The translations under genes were made by a program, and so were the position numbers. A stretch of DNA of 56,750 nucleotides from Actinomycetes bacterium (GTDB lineage Bacteria; Actinomycetota; Acidimicrobiia; Acidimicrobiales; Bog-793), in the NCBI GenBank assembly GCA_021794645.1, contig JAJYQK010000101.1, forward strand, positions 337 through 57,086, in the 5' to 3' direction. The stretch's first letter is position 1. Every line of letters begins with the position of its first letter. The notes beneath the pieces were generated by a model, which worked only from the letters and a program-made list of their open reading frames with translations, was not told where the DNA came from and did not search any database. Positions 15,768-28,071 of this stretch are shown here, one piece after another.

Positions 15768-17341
15768 GTGTCGCATGCTGCCATCAAGGGCGATGGCCGG
15801 ACGACGGGAGCCGCCGGCTCCGTGGCGCTCGGCGGTTCGCTTCGGATCGATGACGTGATCGCCGTCGCCAGCGGTGCTCCGGCCCGCTTCGGCCCGGGCT
15901 GTGCGGAGCGGATCGAGTCCTCCCGGGCTGTCGTCGAGACAGCGCTCTCGTCCGGGGCGGTGGTCTACGGGGTAACCACCGGCTTTGGCAGCTTGGCCGA
16001 TGTCCGGCTCACCGCCGAGCACGCCTCGGCTCTCCAGCACGGTCTCGTGCGCTCCCACGCTGTCGCCGTCGGCCCAGAGCTCTCCGCAGCCGAGGTGCGC
16101 GCCATGCTCGCCCTGCGGGCTCACGTGCTCGCCCTCGGCTGCTCGGGCGTGCGCCTGGAGGTGGCCGGCCGCTTTCTCGAGCTCCTCGAGAAAGACATCC
16201 TCCCTGTGGTGCCCGAGCAGGGCTCGCTCGGCGCCTCGGGCGACCTCGCCCCCCTCGCCCACCTGGCGCTCGGTGCCATGGGTGAGGGCAAGGTGAGGGT
16301 GCGGGGGGGCGAACCGGTGCCCGCCGCCGAGGCCCTGGCGGCAGCTGGCCTCCCGCCGCTCTCCCTCGAGGCGAAAGAGGGCCTGGCGCTCATCAACGGC
16401 ACCCAGGGCATGACCGCCATCGGGGTGCTCGTGGCGGGTCGGGCCCGCCGCCTCGCCAAGACGGCCGACCTCGCCGCGGCGGTCACCATCGAGGCGATCC
16501 TCGGCACCGACCGAGCCTTCGACCCGCGGGTCGTGGGGCTTCGGCCCCACCCGGGCCAGCAGGCCTCTGCCCGCAACCTCGTGCGCCTCCTCGCCGAGAG
16601 CGAGGTGCTCGCCTCCCACCGCGAGAGCCAGCACATCGTGCAGGACGCCTACTCGATCCGCTGTGCCCCCCAGGTGCACGGCGCCATGCGCGACGTCTTG
16701 CACAACACCATCGCCACCCTGGAGATCGAGCTGGCCTCGATCTCCGACAACCCGATCGTGCTGACGGCCGACGGCGAGATCCTCTCGTGCGGCAACTTCC
16801 ACGGCCAGCCGGTCGCGCATGCCTGCGACTCGCTGGCCGCCGCTCTCGTCGGGCTGGCCTCCATCTCCGAACGGCGCCTCTACCGGCTGCTCGACTCGAA
16901 GACCTCGAACGGCCTCCCGCCCTTCCTCGTCGGCGAGGCCGGCGTCAACTCCGGCTTCATGGTCTGCCAGTACACGGCCGCCTCGCTCGTCTCGGAGTCG
17001 AAGTCCCTCGCCCACCCGGCAACCGTCGACTCCATCACGTCGTCTGCCGGGCAGGAGGACCACGTCTCGATGGGGATGATCGCGGCCCGTCACGCCCGGG
17101 AGTGCGCCACCAACGCCGAGGCGGTGGTGGCCCTCGAGCTGCTGGCGGCCTGCCAGGCCCTCGAGCTGCGGGCGCCGCTCAAGCCCGCCCCGGCCACGGC
17201 GGCGGCGCTCCGGGCCCTGCGGCGCCACATCGCCCATCTCGACCACGACCGCGAGCTCAAGCCGGACGTCGACGCCGCCATCGAGCTCGTGCGGACGGGC
17301 GAGGTGCTGGCAGCCGTCGAAGAAGCGATCGGGGAGCTCGA

Positions 17342-17345
<4 letters not shown>
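15768..17345 (+). CDS. hutH: Histidine ammonia-lyase
   Basis: MIO-forming Ala-Ser-Gly motif in [16 protein letters not shown], and full-length similarity to HutH. Confidence 0.9.
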
Positions 17346-19035
<1,690 letters not shown>

Positions 19036-19039
<4 letters not shown>

Positions 19040-20274
19040 GCGAGGTGCTGGTCGAAGGGGACCGGGCGCGCCTCTCGGGCCTCGTGAACGCCCACTCGCA
19101 CGCCTTTCACCGGGTGCTCCGCGGTCTCAGCGAGACGGCCTCGGGCGACTTCTTCACCTGGCGACAGCTCATGTACGAGGTGGCAGAGCGCCTCGATCCC
19201 GACAGCTACCGGGAGCTCGCCACCTGCGTGTTCGCCGAGATGGTGCTGGCCGGCTACACCTCGGTCGGGGAGTTCCACTACCTCCACCACGGCCCAGGCG
19301 GCAAGCCCTACGCCGAGCCGAACGAGATGTCGTATGCCCTCTTGGAGGCAGCCGAGGCGGCCGGGGTGCGCCTCTGCCTCCTCGATGCCTGCTACCTGCA
19401 GGGCTCGGTCGAGGGCGCCCCCCTCGCCGGCGCCCAGCTCCGCTTCTCCGACGGCGACGGCGATGCCTGGAGCCGGCGGGTGCAAGACGCCATCGACTCG
19501 GGCCGCTTCGGCGGCCGCCACCACCTCGGCGTCGCCATCCACTCGGTGCGGGCCGTCCCGCCGGCGGCCATGGTCTCGGTCGGGGCCCTGGCGGCGAGCT
19601 ACGACCTCCCCCTCCACGTGCACGTCTCGGAGCAGAAGAGCGAGAACGAGGCCTGCCTGGCGGCCTTCCAGAAGAGCCCGACCGAGCTGCTGCACGAGAC
19701 CGGAGCCCTGACGGCGCGAACGACGGCGGTGCACGCCACCCACCTCCGCCCGGCCGATGTGGCCCGCTACGGTCTCGCCCAAGCCGGCATCTGCGCCTGC
19801 CCGACGACAGAGCGGGACCTCGGGGACGGCACCGGCCCCTTCCGGGAGCTGGCGGACTCGGGCGCCGTGCTCTGCCTCGGGAGCGACTCGCACGCCGTCA
19901 TCGACCCCTTCGAGGAGGCCCGCTCCCTCGAGTGGCACCAGCGGCTCTCAGAAGAGCGCCGCGGGATCATGTCTCCCGCCGAGCTGCTGGCCGCCGCCAC
20001 GACAGGCGGCTCTCGCTCGCTCGGCCGGCCCGGCGAGGGGGCGGCCGACGCGGTCTATCTCCGCCTCGAGCAGTCGCTCGACCTCGCCGGCTGGAGCCCG
20101 GCCGACGGTGACGACCTCGTAGCCCGGGTGCTCTTCGGGGCCTCGCCCGCCGATGTCGACGAGGTCGTCATCGCCGGCGAGCGGGTCGTCGAGGGCGGAG
20201 AGCACATCAGGCTCGGGCCCCGCCGCGCCATCGCCGCCCGACTGACGGCGGCGGCCCGCCGCCTCCTGTCGTGA
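19036..20274 (+). CDS. hutF: Formimidoylglutamate deiminase (amidohydrolase family)
   Basis: [14 protein letters not shown] metal-binding HxH motif. Its size and its position between hutU and hutI fit hutF. 4-nt overlaps on both sides. Confidence 0.75.
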
Positions 20275-21452
20275 TGCGGACTGTCCTTGGCAACATCGGC
20301 CGCCTCTTCGTCGGCGACGGCACCGTGGTCGAGCAGGCGGCCGTGGCCGTGGAGGACGGTGCCATCGCCTGGGTCGGCCGGGAGGTCGAGCTCACCGCCA
20401 GGGCCGAGGGAGCAGAGATCGACCTCGAGGGCCGCCTCCTCACGCCGGGTCTCGTCGACGCCCACTCCCACCCCCTCTACGCCGGCGAGCGCTTCGCCGA
20501 GATAGCCCTTCGCAGCGCCGGCGGCTCCTACTCCGAGATCGCCGCGGCCGGCGGTGGCATCGGCTCCACCGTCGCCGCCACCAGGCAAGCCAGCCCCGAG
20601 GCGCTCGCGGGGGCGCTCACCGGGCGCCTCGGCCACTGGCTCGAGGGTGGCACGACGACCCTCGAGGCAAAGACCGGCTACCACCTCGACAAAGAGGGGG
20701 AGCTGGGCGAGGTGGCGCTGCTGGCAGAAGCGGCCCGAGCAGACGACGTCCCCTCCCTCGAGATCACATTCCTCGCCGCCCACGCCCCCGGGCCGGAGTG
20801 GGAGGGCGACCTCGACGGCTACGCCGAGGAGGTCGCCCGCTGGTGCCCGGCGGCCAAGGCGAGAGGCGCCCGGCACATCGATGTCTTCTGCGACGCCGGC
20901 TACTTCAGCCCAGAGCAGGCCCGGCTCGTCCTCGAGGCCGGCAGGAAAGCGGGCCTACGGCCCCGCATCCACGCCGACGAGCTCGCTCGCACGGGTGGCG
21001 CCGAGCTCGCAGCCGAGCTCGGCTGCCTCTCGGCCGACCACCTGCTGGCTCTCGACGGGGCGGGGGTGGCTGCGCTAGCCGGCGGCGGCGTGGTGGCCAC
21101 CTTGGCTCCCGTGACGGCGCTCGCCATGGGGAGGACGCCTCCGGCCCGCCAGCTGCTGGAGGCCGGGGTCGTCGTCGCTTTAGGGACCGACCACAATCCG
21201 GGCACCTCCGGCACCACCTCGATGAGCCTCGTCGTGGCGCTCGCCGTCTCTGTCCTCGGGCTGTCTGTGACAGAGGCGCTCGTGGCGGCAACTGCGGGCG
21301 GGGCCGCCTCCCTCGGGCTCTCGGACCGGGGACTGGTCCGCCCGGGAATGCGCGCCGACCTGGTCGCCTGGGAGGCAGACCACGAGGGCGCCTTCGCCTG
21401 GAGCTACGGCCTCGGCGCCGCCGCCGTGTGGAAAGGAGGCGTCACCTGCTGA
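20271..21452 (+). CDS. hutI: Imidazolonepropionase
   Basis: GLVDAHSHPLYAG, KTGYHLD and HADELA motifs typical of HutI. Confidence 0.9.
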   Translation: MMRTVLGNIGRLFVGDGTVVEQAAVAVEDGAIAWVGREVELTARAEGAEIDLEGRLLTPGLVDAHSHPLYAGERFAEIALRSAGGSYSEIAAAGGGIGSTVAATRQASPEALAGALTGRLGHWLEGGTTTLEAKTGYHLDKEGELGEVALLAEAARADDVPSLEITFLAAHAPGPEWEGDLDGYAEEVARWCPAAKARGARHIDVFCDAGYFSPEQARLVLEAGRKAGLRPRIHADELARTGGAELAAELGCLSADHLLALDGAGVAALAGGGVVATLAPVTALAMGRTPPARQLLEAGVVVALGTDHNPGTSGTTSMSLVVALAVSVLGLSVTEALVAATAGGAASLGLSDRGLVRPGMRADLVAWEADHEGAFAWSYGLGAAAVWKGGVTC

Positions 21453-21468
21453 CGGCCGGCCGGCCGGC

Positions 21469-22149
21469 TCAGACGTGGAGCCCGCACTCGGTCTTCTCGC
21501 TCCCGGGCCAGCGACCCTCCCGCGGGTCGTGGCCCTCGGGCACCGGGCGGGTGGTCGGAGCACAGCCGATCGAGACGTAGCCGACGTACTGGAGGGGGTG
21601 GAGTGGGAGGGACCGCTCGCCCAGGTAGTCGAAGACGTCCTTGTCGCTCCAGGTGGCGAGAGGGTTGACCTTCAACATCTCTCGGGCCGGGTCCCAGCCG
21701 AGGATCGGGGCGCCGGTCCGCTCGGGCGTGTCGACTCGCTTCAAACCGGTGATCCAGGCCCGCCTTCCAGCGATCGCCCGGGCGAGCGGCTCGACCTTGC
21801 GCTTCTTGCAGCAGTCGGGAGACCCGCAGGGGTACTCGTCCATCGCCACCGCCGGCTTGGTGACAGTCAGGTTGAGCGCTCTCGTCTTGGCGATGTGGTC
21901 CACGAAAGCGAGCGTCTCTTTGAAGTGGTAACCGGTGTCCAAAAAGACGATCTCGAGGCCGGGACGGGCCTTCTCGACCAGGTCGACGAGGACGACGTCT
22001 TGGAACGAGCTCGCCACGACGACGTCGTCGCCGCACCGCTCGAGCGTCCAGGCGATCGCCCCCTCGGCGGCCTCGAGAGGCGCCAGGGCCTCGAGCTGTG
22101 ACGAACGGGCGGCGAGCTCTGCCAGGTCGATCTCTTGTGGTTCCGCCAC
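21469..22149 (-). CDS. cysH: Adenylyl-/phosphoadenylyl-sulfate reductase (thioredoxin-dependent)
   Basis: C-terminal ECGLH catalytic motif, CCKKRKVEPL, and SIGCAPTT in place of the usual SIGCxxCT. Confidence 0.85.
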   Translation of the reverse strand: MAEPQEIDLAELAARSSQLEALAPLEAAEGAIAWTLERCGDDVVVASSFQDVVLVDLVEKARPGLEIVFLDTGYHFKETLAFVDHIAKTRALNLTVTKPAVAMDEYPCGSPDCCKKRKVEPLARAIAGRRAWITGLKRVDTPERTGAPILGWDPAREMLKVNPLATWSDKDVFDYLGERSLPLHPLQYVGYVSIGCAPTTRPVPEGHDPREGRWPGSEKTECGLHV

Positions 22150-22240
22150 CCTCGAAGTCCTTTCCGACAGCCGGTCCGAGCAGGCGCCCGGGCGGGCAGC
22201 TCTCGCAATCGTAGCTACTGCCGTCGGGTCGGCCGCTTCC

Positions 22241-22972
22241 TCAGCGGTGACGCATCCAGAGGTTCTCCTCGACGTAGGTGCCCCGGTCCTGTTCGCGGTC
22301 GATCTCGACGAGCCCGAGGGAGTCGGGCACGACGTAGCGGTCCGTCTCGGGAAAGACCATGCCCGTCCACCCCTCCCAGTCGGCGACCGCCCCGGTTATC
22401 ACCATCGAGCGGGCGGCCGGCCCGAGGATGGTGGCGCCGAGCCGCTCGTGGGTGCGTATCCACGGATCGACCGAGCTGGTGTCGGGACGGCGCCAGCTGG
22501 CGAACCGCGCCATCGGCACGAGCGGGTAGGCGGACTTGAGCGTCGGGCGCACCGGGCAGATCACCCTGCCCAGCCCCGCCGCGAGGGCCCGGTCCCTGAG
22601 AGCGGCCAGCACCTCGCCGGCGAGGCCCCTTCCCGCCGCCTCGACCGCCACCGCCGCCGCCATGATGCAGAAGGTGTCGCATCGCTCGGCGGCCTCGAAG
22701 GCGGAGACGGAGGCGAGGAGGGCGCCGTCGTAGCCGCCCGGGAGCGAGGCGGGCTGACCGTCCCAGCTGAGCGGGACGCCCCAGCCACCGGCGACGACGC
22801 TCTCCTCCTCGAGGAGCCAGAGGTCGAAGTTGGGGAAGTACCGCTCGACTTTCGGGATGCAGGCCCGCGAGACCTCGTCGTGGAAGATGAACTCAGGCCA
22901 GCGGACCCGGAAGGACTCACTCGCCTGCTCGGCGAGAGCGGGTCGCTCGCGCGACTCGACGACCTGCACCAC
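22241..22972 (-). CDS. GNAT-family N-acetyltransferase (probable)
   Basis: 243-aa ORF with an acetyl-CoA-binding-like segment AVAVEAAGRGLAGEVLAAL. Confidence 0.55.
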   Translation of the reverse strand: MVQVVESRERPALAEQASESFRVRWPEFIFHDEVSRACIPKVERYFPNFDLWLLEEESVVAGGWGVPLSWDGQPASLPGGYDGALLASVSAFEAAERCDTFCIMAAAVAVEAAGRGLAGEVLAALRDRALAAGLGRVICPVRPTLKSAYPLVPMARFASWRRPDTSSVDPWIRTHERLGATILGPAARSMVITGAVADWEGWTGMVFPETDRYVVPDSLGLVEIDREQDRGTYVEENLWMRHR

Positions 22973-22975
22973 CTG

Positions 22976-23965
22976 TCAGCCCACCAGCTCGGAGAGGAGG
23001 CGGGCCTCCTTCTCCCGGTCGAGCGAGGAGAGCTGGCGGTGAGCTGGCTGCTCGAGGGCGCCCCGCACCGTCTCGCCGAGCGGGCGGAAAGAGAGCCCGG
23101 CCGCCCGGGCCCGCGAGATGTCGACCCGGCTCGCCACGAGCAGCTCGGGGTCGCCGAGCCAGAGCGGCAGCTCGGTCCACGGCTCGACGCCGGCGTCAAG
23201 GAGGCGGCCGCTCGGCACCCAGACGACCTCGGCGCCGGCGCCGAGCGCGGCCTCGCAGCCCTCGAGGAAAGAGCCGAACTCGATCGGCTCGCCGGTTGCG
23301 TTGAAGGTGCCGGGCCGCTCCTCCACGACGAGGCGGAGCATGAACTGGGCCAGGTCACGAACGTCTATGAACTGAACGGGATCACTCGGCTCGCCGGGTG
23401 CGAGCACCCTTCCCCCCTCGGCCATGCGGCGGGGCCAGTAGCCGAAGCGATCGGTCGGGTCGTGCGGGCCGACGATGAGTCCGGGGCGCACGATCGTCGC
23501 CCGTTGCCCGAGGCCGGACCGGACGATCTCCTCACAGGCTGCCTTGCGCGCCCCGTAGCTCTCGAGTCCCGTGTCGGCCGGGTCGGTGAGCTCTGCCACG
23601 GCCGAGTCCTCGTCGTTCACGATCCGCTCGTCGGCGTAGACAGAGACGGTCGAGACGAACAGGTAGCGGGCGGTGGCGCCCGCCAGGGCGGCGACCGCCC
23701 GGGCGGCGTCGGCCGGGAAGTAGCAGGCGACGTCGACGACGCCATCGAAGCTCCGCCCCGCGAGAGGCCTGAGGTCCCGCGTCCTGTCCCCGAGCACCGT
23801 CTCTACCCTGCCGGCGAAGAGGCCGGGGTTGGTCTTCCCCCGGTTGAAAAGCGTCGGCTGGTGGCCCTCTTCGAGGGCGGCCTCGACGAAGGCTCGCCCG
23901 AGGAAGCTCGTGCCGCCGAGGACGAGGAGGCGGAGAGGGCGGTTGCTTTCCGGCTGGGCGACCAT
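22976..23965 (-). CDS. NAD-dependent epimerase/dehydratase family protein
   Basis: From the internal Met: MVAQPESNRPLRLLVLGGTSFLGRAF (Rossmann GxxGxxG). YxxxK-like YGARK. The upstream 144 codons of the ORF are antisense to uppS. Confidence 0.8.
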   Translation of the reverse strand: MVAQPESNRPLRLLVLGGTSFLGRAFVEAALEEGHQPTLFNRGKTNPGLFAGRVETVLGDRTRDLRPLAGRSFDGVVDVACYFPADAARAVAALAGATARYLFVSTVSVYADERIVNDEDSAVAELTDPADTGLESYGARKAACEEIVRSGLGQRATIVRPGLIVGPHDPTDRFGYWPRRMAEGGRVLAPGEPSDPVQFIDVRDLAQFMLRLVVEERPGTFNATGEPIEFGSFLEGCEAALGAGAEVVWVPSGRLLDAGVEPWTELPLWLGDPELLVASRVDISRARAAGLSFRPLGETVRGALEQPAHRQLSSLDREKEARLLSELVG

Positions 23966-24043
23966 CGCAGCAGTCTGGCAGCTCCCGGCCCAGGCGGTCG
24001 TTCCGACCATGGAGGGGACGGGACGACCACTATCTTGCCTCTG

Positions 24044-24763
24044 GTGAGCTCGGACGGCATCGACCTCGGCCACGTCCCCGGCCATATCGCCTGCGTGATG
24101 GATGGAAACGGCCGCTGGGCCCGCGCCCGCGGGCTGGCGAGGACGGAGGGCCACGCCGCCGGCGAGGAGGCCATGTTCGACACGGTCGAGGGCGCCCTCG
24201 AGATCGGGGTCAAGTGGCTCACGATGTTCGCCTTCTCGACCGAGAACTGGCGGCGACCAGCCGAGGAAGTCCGCTACCTCATGAACTTCAACGAGCGGGT
24301 CCTCGCCGCCCACCGCGACGATCTCGACGCCCAGGGCGTGCGAATCCGCTTCGCCGGCCGCAACGACTGGCGGGTGCCGAAGAGGATCGTCCGCCACATG
24401 GAAGAGACGACGGCCGGCACGGCCGGAAACAAGAACATGACGCTCACGATCTGCTTCAACTACGGCGGGCGGGCCGAGATAGTCGATGCCGTGCGCGCCC
24501 TCGTGCGAGACGGCGTCGACGCCGCCAAGATCGACGAGAGGGCCATCGCCTCCCGCCTCTACTGGCCGGACCTGCCCGACCCCGACCTCGTCATCCGGAC
24601 CTCGGGCGAGTTCCGCATCTCAAACTTTCTGCTCTGGCAGCTCGCCTACTCAGAGCTGCTCTTCAGCGACCTCCTCTGGCCCGACTTCCGCCGCGAGAAC
24701 CTCTTCGACGCCGTCCGCGAGTACCAGCGGCGGGAGCGCCGGTACGGTGGCGTGAAGAAGTGA
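24044..24763 (+). CDS. uppS: Isoprenyl transferase / undecaprenyl-diphosphate synthase
   Basis: IACVMDGNGRWA, FAFSTENWRRP and IRTSGEFRISNFLLWQLAYSEL. GTG at 24044 (or TTG at 24035). The rest of the 942-aa ORF is antisense shadow. Confidence 0.9.
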   Translation: MSSDGIDLGHVPGHIACVMDGNGRWARARGLARTEGHAAGEEAMFDTVEGALEIGVKWLTMFAFSTENWRRPAEEVRYLMNFNERVLAAHRDDLDAQGVRIRFAGRNDWRVPKRIVRHMEETTAGTAGNKNMTLTICFNYGGRAEIVDAVRALVRDGVDAAKIDERAIASRLYWPDLPDPDLVIRTSGEFRISNFLLWQLAYSELLFSDLLWPDFRRENLFDAVREYQRRERRYGGVKK

Positions 24764-24987
24764 GCGAGCAAGGCGCGCCTCCCGCCGAGGAGGAACAGGA
24801 GCCCTGGCGGCTCTGGGACCACATCGGGGTCATCTCCGGGGTGACCCTCGGGTTCCTCGCCTTCGCCGTCCTCGTGCTCTTGGCGGTCGCCGGCTACCCG
24901 GGCGCCGTCACCTTGATCGTCGTCATCGTGATCGGGATCGCCCTCATCTACATGGGCGGCTACCTGCACGGTCCGCGGCGGCGCTGA
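24760..24987 (+). CDS. Small membrane protein (75 aa)
   Basis: GTG overlapping the uppS stop. Two hydrophobic helices (ISGVTLGFLAFAVLVLLAVAGY, VTLIVVIVIGIALIYMGGY). Confidence 0.5.
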   Translation: MSEQGAPPAEEEQEPWRLWDHIGVISGVTLGFLAFAVLVLLAVAGYPGAVTLIVVIVIGIALIYMGGYLHGPRRR

Positions 24988-25005
24988 GCGCCGTAGCCTC
25001 TCGTC

Positions 25006-25731
25006 GTGGCGACCTTCCGGGACGAGGGAGTCGTCCTCCGCACGATCAAGCTGGGCGAGGCCGACAGGATCATCACCTTCGTCACGCCCGAGCACGGCAA
25101 GGTGCGGGCGGTGGCCAAGGGGATCCGCAAGCCGAAGAGCAAGCTGGCCGGCCGCCTCGAGCCTCTCACCTACGTCTCGATGCTCTGCTGGCGAGGCCGT
25201 GAGCTCGACATCGTCTCCCAGGTAGAGGTGCTCGATCACTACCGGGCGATAAGAGAGGACATTGACCGCATGCCGGCCGCCTTCACGATGCTCGAGGCGG
25301 TCGACCTCGTGGCCGTCGAACGTCAGCCGATGCCGCGGCTCTTCAAGAGCCTCACCGGGGCCCTCCGGACCCTGGCCGAGGGCCCGGCGCCCGTCCTCCT
25401 CGGCGCCTTCCTCTTCCGCCTGCTCGCCCTCGAGGGCTTCGGCCCGATCACAGAGGCCTGCGCCGCCTGCGACGAGGCGGTCCCGCTCGTGGCCTACGAC
25501 GAGCACGCCGGCGGCTTCCTCTGCCGCAGTTGCCGGAGCGGCCAGGCGGTGCTGCCCGAGACGGTAGAGCTGGTGCGCCAGATCCTCGGCGGCCAGCTCC
25601 GTCAGGCGCTCGCCACCCCCGCCGGGCGGCCGACAGCCGAGGTCGAGCGGATAGCCACCGCCGCCATGGAGTACCACCTCGACCGGCGGCTCCGCTCGGC
25701 CCACATGCCCGGCGTCCCCGCCCGCAGGTAG
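25006..25731 (+). CDS. recO: DNA repair protein RecO
   Basis: N-terminal OB fold FRDEGVVLRTIKLGEADRIITFVTPEHGKVRAVAKG and a Cys4 zinc motif CAACDE...CRSC. Confidence 0.9.
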   Translation: MATFRDEGVVLRTIKLGEADRIITFVTPEHGKVRAVAKGIRKPKSKLAGRLEPLTYVSMLCWRGRELDIVSQVEVLDHYRAIREDIDRMPAAFTMLEAVDLVAVERQPMPRLFKSLTGALRTLAEGPAPVLLGAFLFRLLALEGFGPITEACAACDEAVPLVAYDEHAGGFLCRSCRSGQAVLPETVELVRQILGGQLRQALATPAGRPTAEVERIATAAMEYHLDRRLRSAHMPGVPARR

Positions 25732-26119
25732 CGCCTTGTAGGCCGCCTTTCCCTCGGGCGGCACAGAGAGCCTCATGGCAGCCGGCTCTGCCCCTCGAGC
25801 AAGTCGACTGCTCACCTCGACCACTGATCTCTAACCCGCGTCAGGGCGCGACGGCGGCCCTCTCGACAGGGGCGTTGTGGCTGCACGGTGCCGGAGAGCG
25901 CGGGTAGTCCACTCGTCCCGGCGTCGACCTCCATCAAAGTGGAGGCGGCGCGGTGGTGACCGGCGGCATGCAAGAGCTCGCCCGCCAGGTCGTACCCCTT
26001 CGAGGCCGGGGCGCCTCGACCACAAGGAGGCCCGGGCTCGTCGGGGCCGGAGCGGCCGGCGGCCAACCACGATGACGCCGTCTGGCGCGCAGGCTCGTTC
26101 CGGGCTGGATAATGGGGCC

Positions 26120-26704
26120 ATGGCCCAGCTCTTCGGCCGCTACGAGGCGGCCGCCCTCCTCGCAGTCGAGCAGGCGAACGGCGGCGAGCTGGCAGCGCTC
26201 GAGCAGGTGGTGCTCGCCTTTGAAGGCCTCTTCGGCTCGAGCGTCACGCCGGCGACCTTCTCGGAGGCAGTCGGGCTCCTCGTCGACGCCTACCTGGTCG
26301 AGTGGCGGGATTTCTCGCTCGGGCTCACGGTGAAGGGGAGGCGCCTCATCCGCCGCTCCGGAGCGCACTGGAGCGAGGACTTCCCCGACAAGGTCGCCGA
26401 CCAGTTGGGCGAGATCGAGGAGGGGGAGCTCGCCGGAGAAGGCGAGCTCGCCGCCCCGAGCGAGTCAGACATCCTCTCGGCCATGCAGGCGCTCGGACGC
26501 GGGCAGCTCGGTGGCACCGGCCTGCGCTCGGGGGGAGCCCTCTCGCCGAGCGGCCTCGCCCAGAAGCACACCCTCGGCGCCCGGTTGCTCGAGGGGCTGC
26601 CCGCGGGCCTCGGGATAAACGTCGGACTCCCCTTCGTGCCCCCGCGACCAGAGGAGGCCGCCGAGCGGGGTGAGGAGGACGAGCCGGCCGGGCCGGGCGG
26701 CTGA
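26120..26704 (+). CDS. Hypothetical protein
   Basis: ATG at 26120 in the 275-aa ORF. The N-terminal ~90 aa look globular and the C-terminus is low-complexity Gly/Glu/Pro-rich. No motif recognised. Confidence 0.4.
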   Translation: MAQLFGRYEAAALLAVEQANGGELAALEQVVLAFEGLFGSSVTPATFSEAVGLLVDAYLVEWRDFSLGLTVKGRRLIRRSGAHWSEDFPDKVADQLGEIEEGELAGEGELAAPSESDILSAMQALGRGQLGGTGLRSGGALSPSGLAQKHTLGARLLEGLPAGLGINVGLPFVPPRPEEAAERGEEDEPAGPGG

Positions 26705-26822
26705 TCCGGCTGGCATCGTGGGTGGAGAGAGTGGCTCCGCCGGCCGCTCCCCACGCCCGCGCCCGTCCGGAGTGGGCCGGAAGCGGATCCAGTTGGTGAG
26801 GATCCGATGGCAAGCTGGCCCC

Positions 26823-28031
26823 ATGTCGGGAGAGGGCATGGACGAGACTGAGCTGGAGAGCCGACCGGCGGGCGCCGCCCCGGCCAACCCTCAGCTCATG
26901 CGGGCCATGAACGAGCGGCTCCTCCTCGAGCACGTCCGCCAGAGCGGGCCGATCTCCCGAGCCGACCTCGCCCGCCTCTCGGGGCTCTCCAAGCCGACTG
27001 TCGGAGTCGCCCTCGCGAACCTCGAGCGAGACGGGCTGCTGCGCCCCGCCGGCCTGCGCCGCGGGGTGCGGGGCCCAGCGGCCCTCCTCTACGAGGTCAG
27101 GCCAGAAGCCGGCTTCATCCTCGGGCTTGACCTCGGCCGGGGACACCTCCGCGGTGCCGTCTCGGACCTATCGGGCACCGTCTTGGCCCGTAGCTCACGC
27201 CCGTTCCGCCCCGAGGACGGCCACCTCGATGTGGCGATCTCCTTGGCAGACGAACTGGCAGTGGCGGCGGGCATAGAGCGCTCACAGCTCAACCAGGTGG
27301 TCGTAGCGACGCCAGGGGTCTATGACCCGACGAGCCGGCTGATCCAGCTGGCCCCCGACTTCCCCGGCTCGGACTCTCCCGGGCTCATCGAGGGGCTGCG
27401 CCACTCGCTCGGTCCCTCGACGTCCATCGAGAATGACTTGGACCTCGCCGCCCTGGCCGAGAGGGACTTCGGGCACGGCCAGCAGTTCAAGACCTTCTGC
27501 TACGTCTGGGTCGACGACTCGGTCGGCATGGGCCTTGTCATAAACGGCGAGCTCCACCGGGGGGCGCACGGAGCGGCCGGCGAGATCGCCTACCTGCCGA
27601 TCGTCTCGCCCCGCCCTCAGGACGGAGAACAGGCCGAGGCACGCGGCCACCTGGAGGCGGCCGCCTCGGCCGCTGCCGTGCTGCGGAGCGCCCGCCAGAG
27701 CGGCCTCGGCGGACCGCTCTCGGTCCGGCGCATCTTCGCCTCGGCCGCCGCCGGGGACGACACAGCCAAGGCGGTTGTGGCAGAAGAGGCGATGCTCGTG
27801 GCGCGGGCCATCGGCTCGATCGTGACGGTGGTCGACCCCGAGCTCGTCGTGCTCGGCGGGGACATCGGCCGGGCCGACGGCTTCCCCGAGGCGGTCACCG
27901 CTGCCCTCGCCTCCCTCGTGCCCGTGGTTCCAGAGCTGCGGGTGAGCGCTCTCGACGAGGGAGCGGTCGTGGCGGGCTGCCTGGCGGCCGGCAAGGAGAT
28001 GGCCTGGCGCCGGCTCCTCGGTGACATCTAA
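26823..28031 (+). CDS. ROK-family transcriptional regulator
   Basis: N-terminal wHTH (NERLLLEHVRQSGPISRADLARLSGLSKPTVGVALANLERDGLL) followed by a sugar-kinase-like ROK domain (GLDLGRGHLRGAV..., GAAGEIAY). Confidence 0.8.
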   Translation: MSGEGMDETELESRPAGAAPANPQLMRAMNERLLLEHVRQSGPISRADLARLSGLSKPTVGVALANLERDGLLRPAGLRRGVRGPAALLYEVRPEAGFILGLDLGRGHLRGAVSDLSGTVLARSSRPFRPEDGHLDVAISLADELAVAAGIERSQLNQVVVATPGVYDPTSRLIQLAPDFPGSDSPGLIEGLRHSLGPSTSIENDLDLAALAERDFGHGQQFKTFCYVWVDDSVGMGLVINGELHRGAHGAAGEIAYLPIVSPRPQDGEQAEARGHLEAAASAAAVLRSARQSGLGGPLSVRRIFASAAAGDDTAKAVVAEEAMLVARAIGSIVTVVDPELVVLGGDIGRADGFPEAVTAALASLVPVVPELRVSALDEGAVVAGCLAAGKEMAWRRLLGDI

Positions 28032-28071
28032 CTCAGCTGGGCCCCGAGCCGGCCCGGGTAGCCTCTCCGGG

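Noticed and set aside
21935-24043. N-terminal ~700 codons of the 942-aa plus-strand ORF
   Set aside because: This part runs antisense to cysH, the GNAT and the epimerase, and its composition is Arg/Gly/Pro-rich. Only the last 239 codons (uppS) show protein motifs. It is a typical high-GC shadow ORF.
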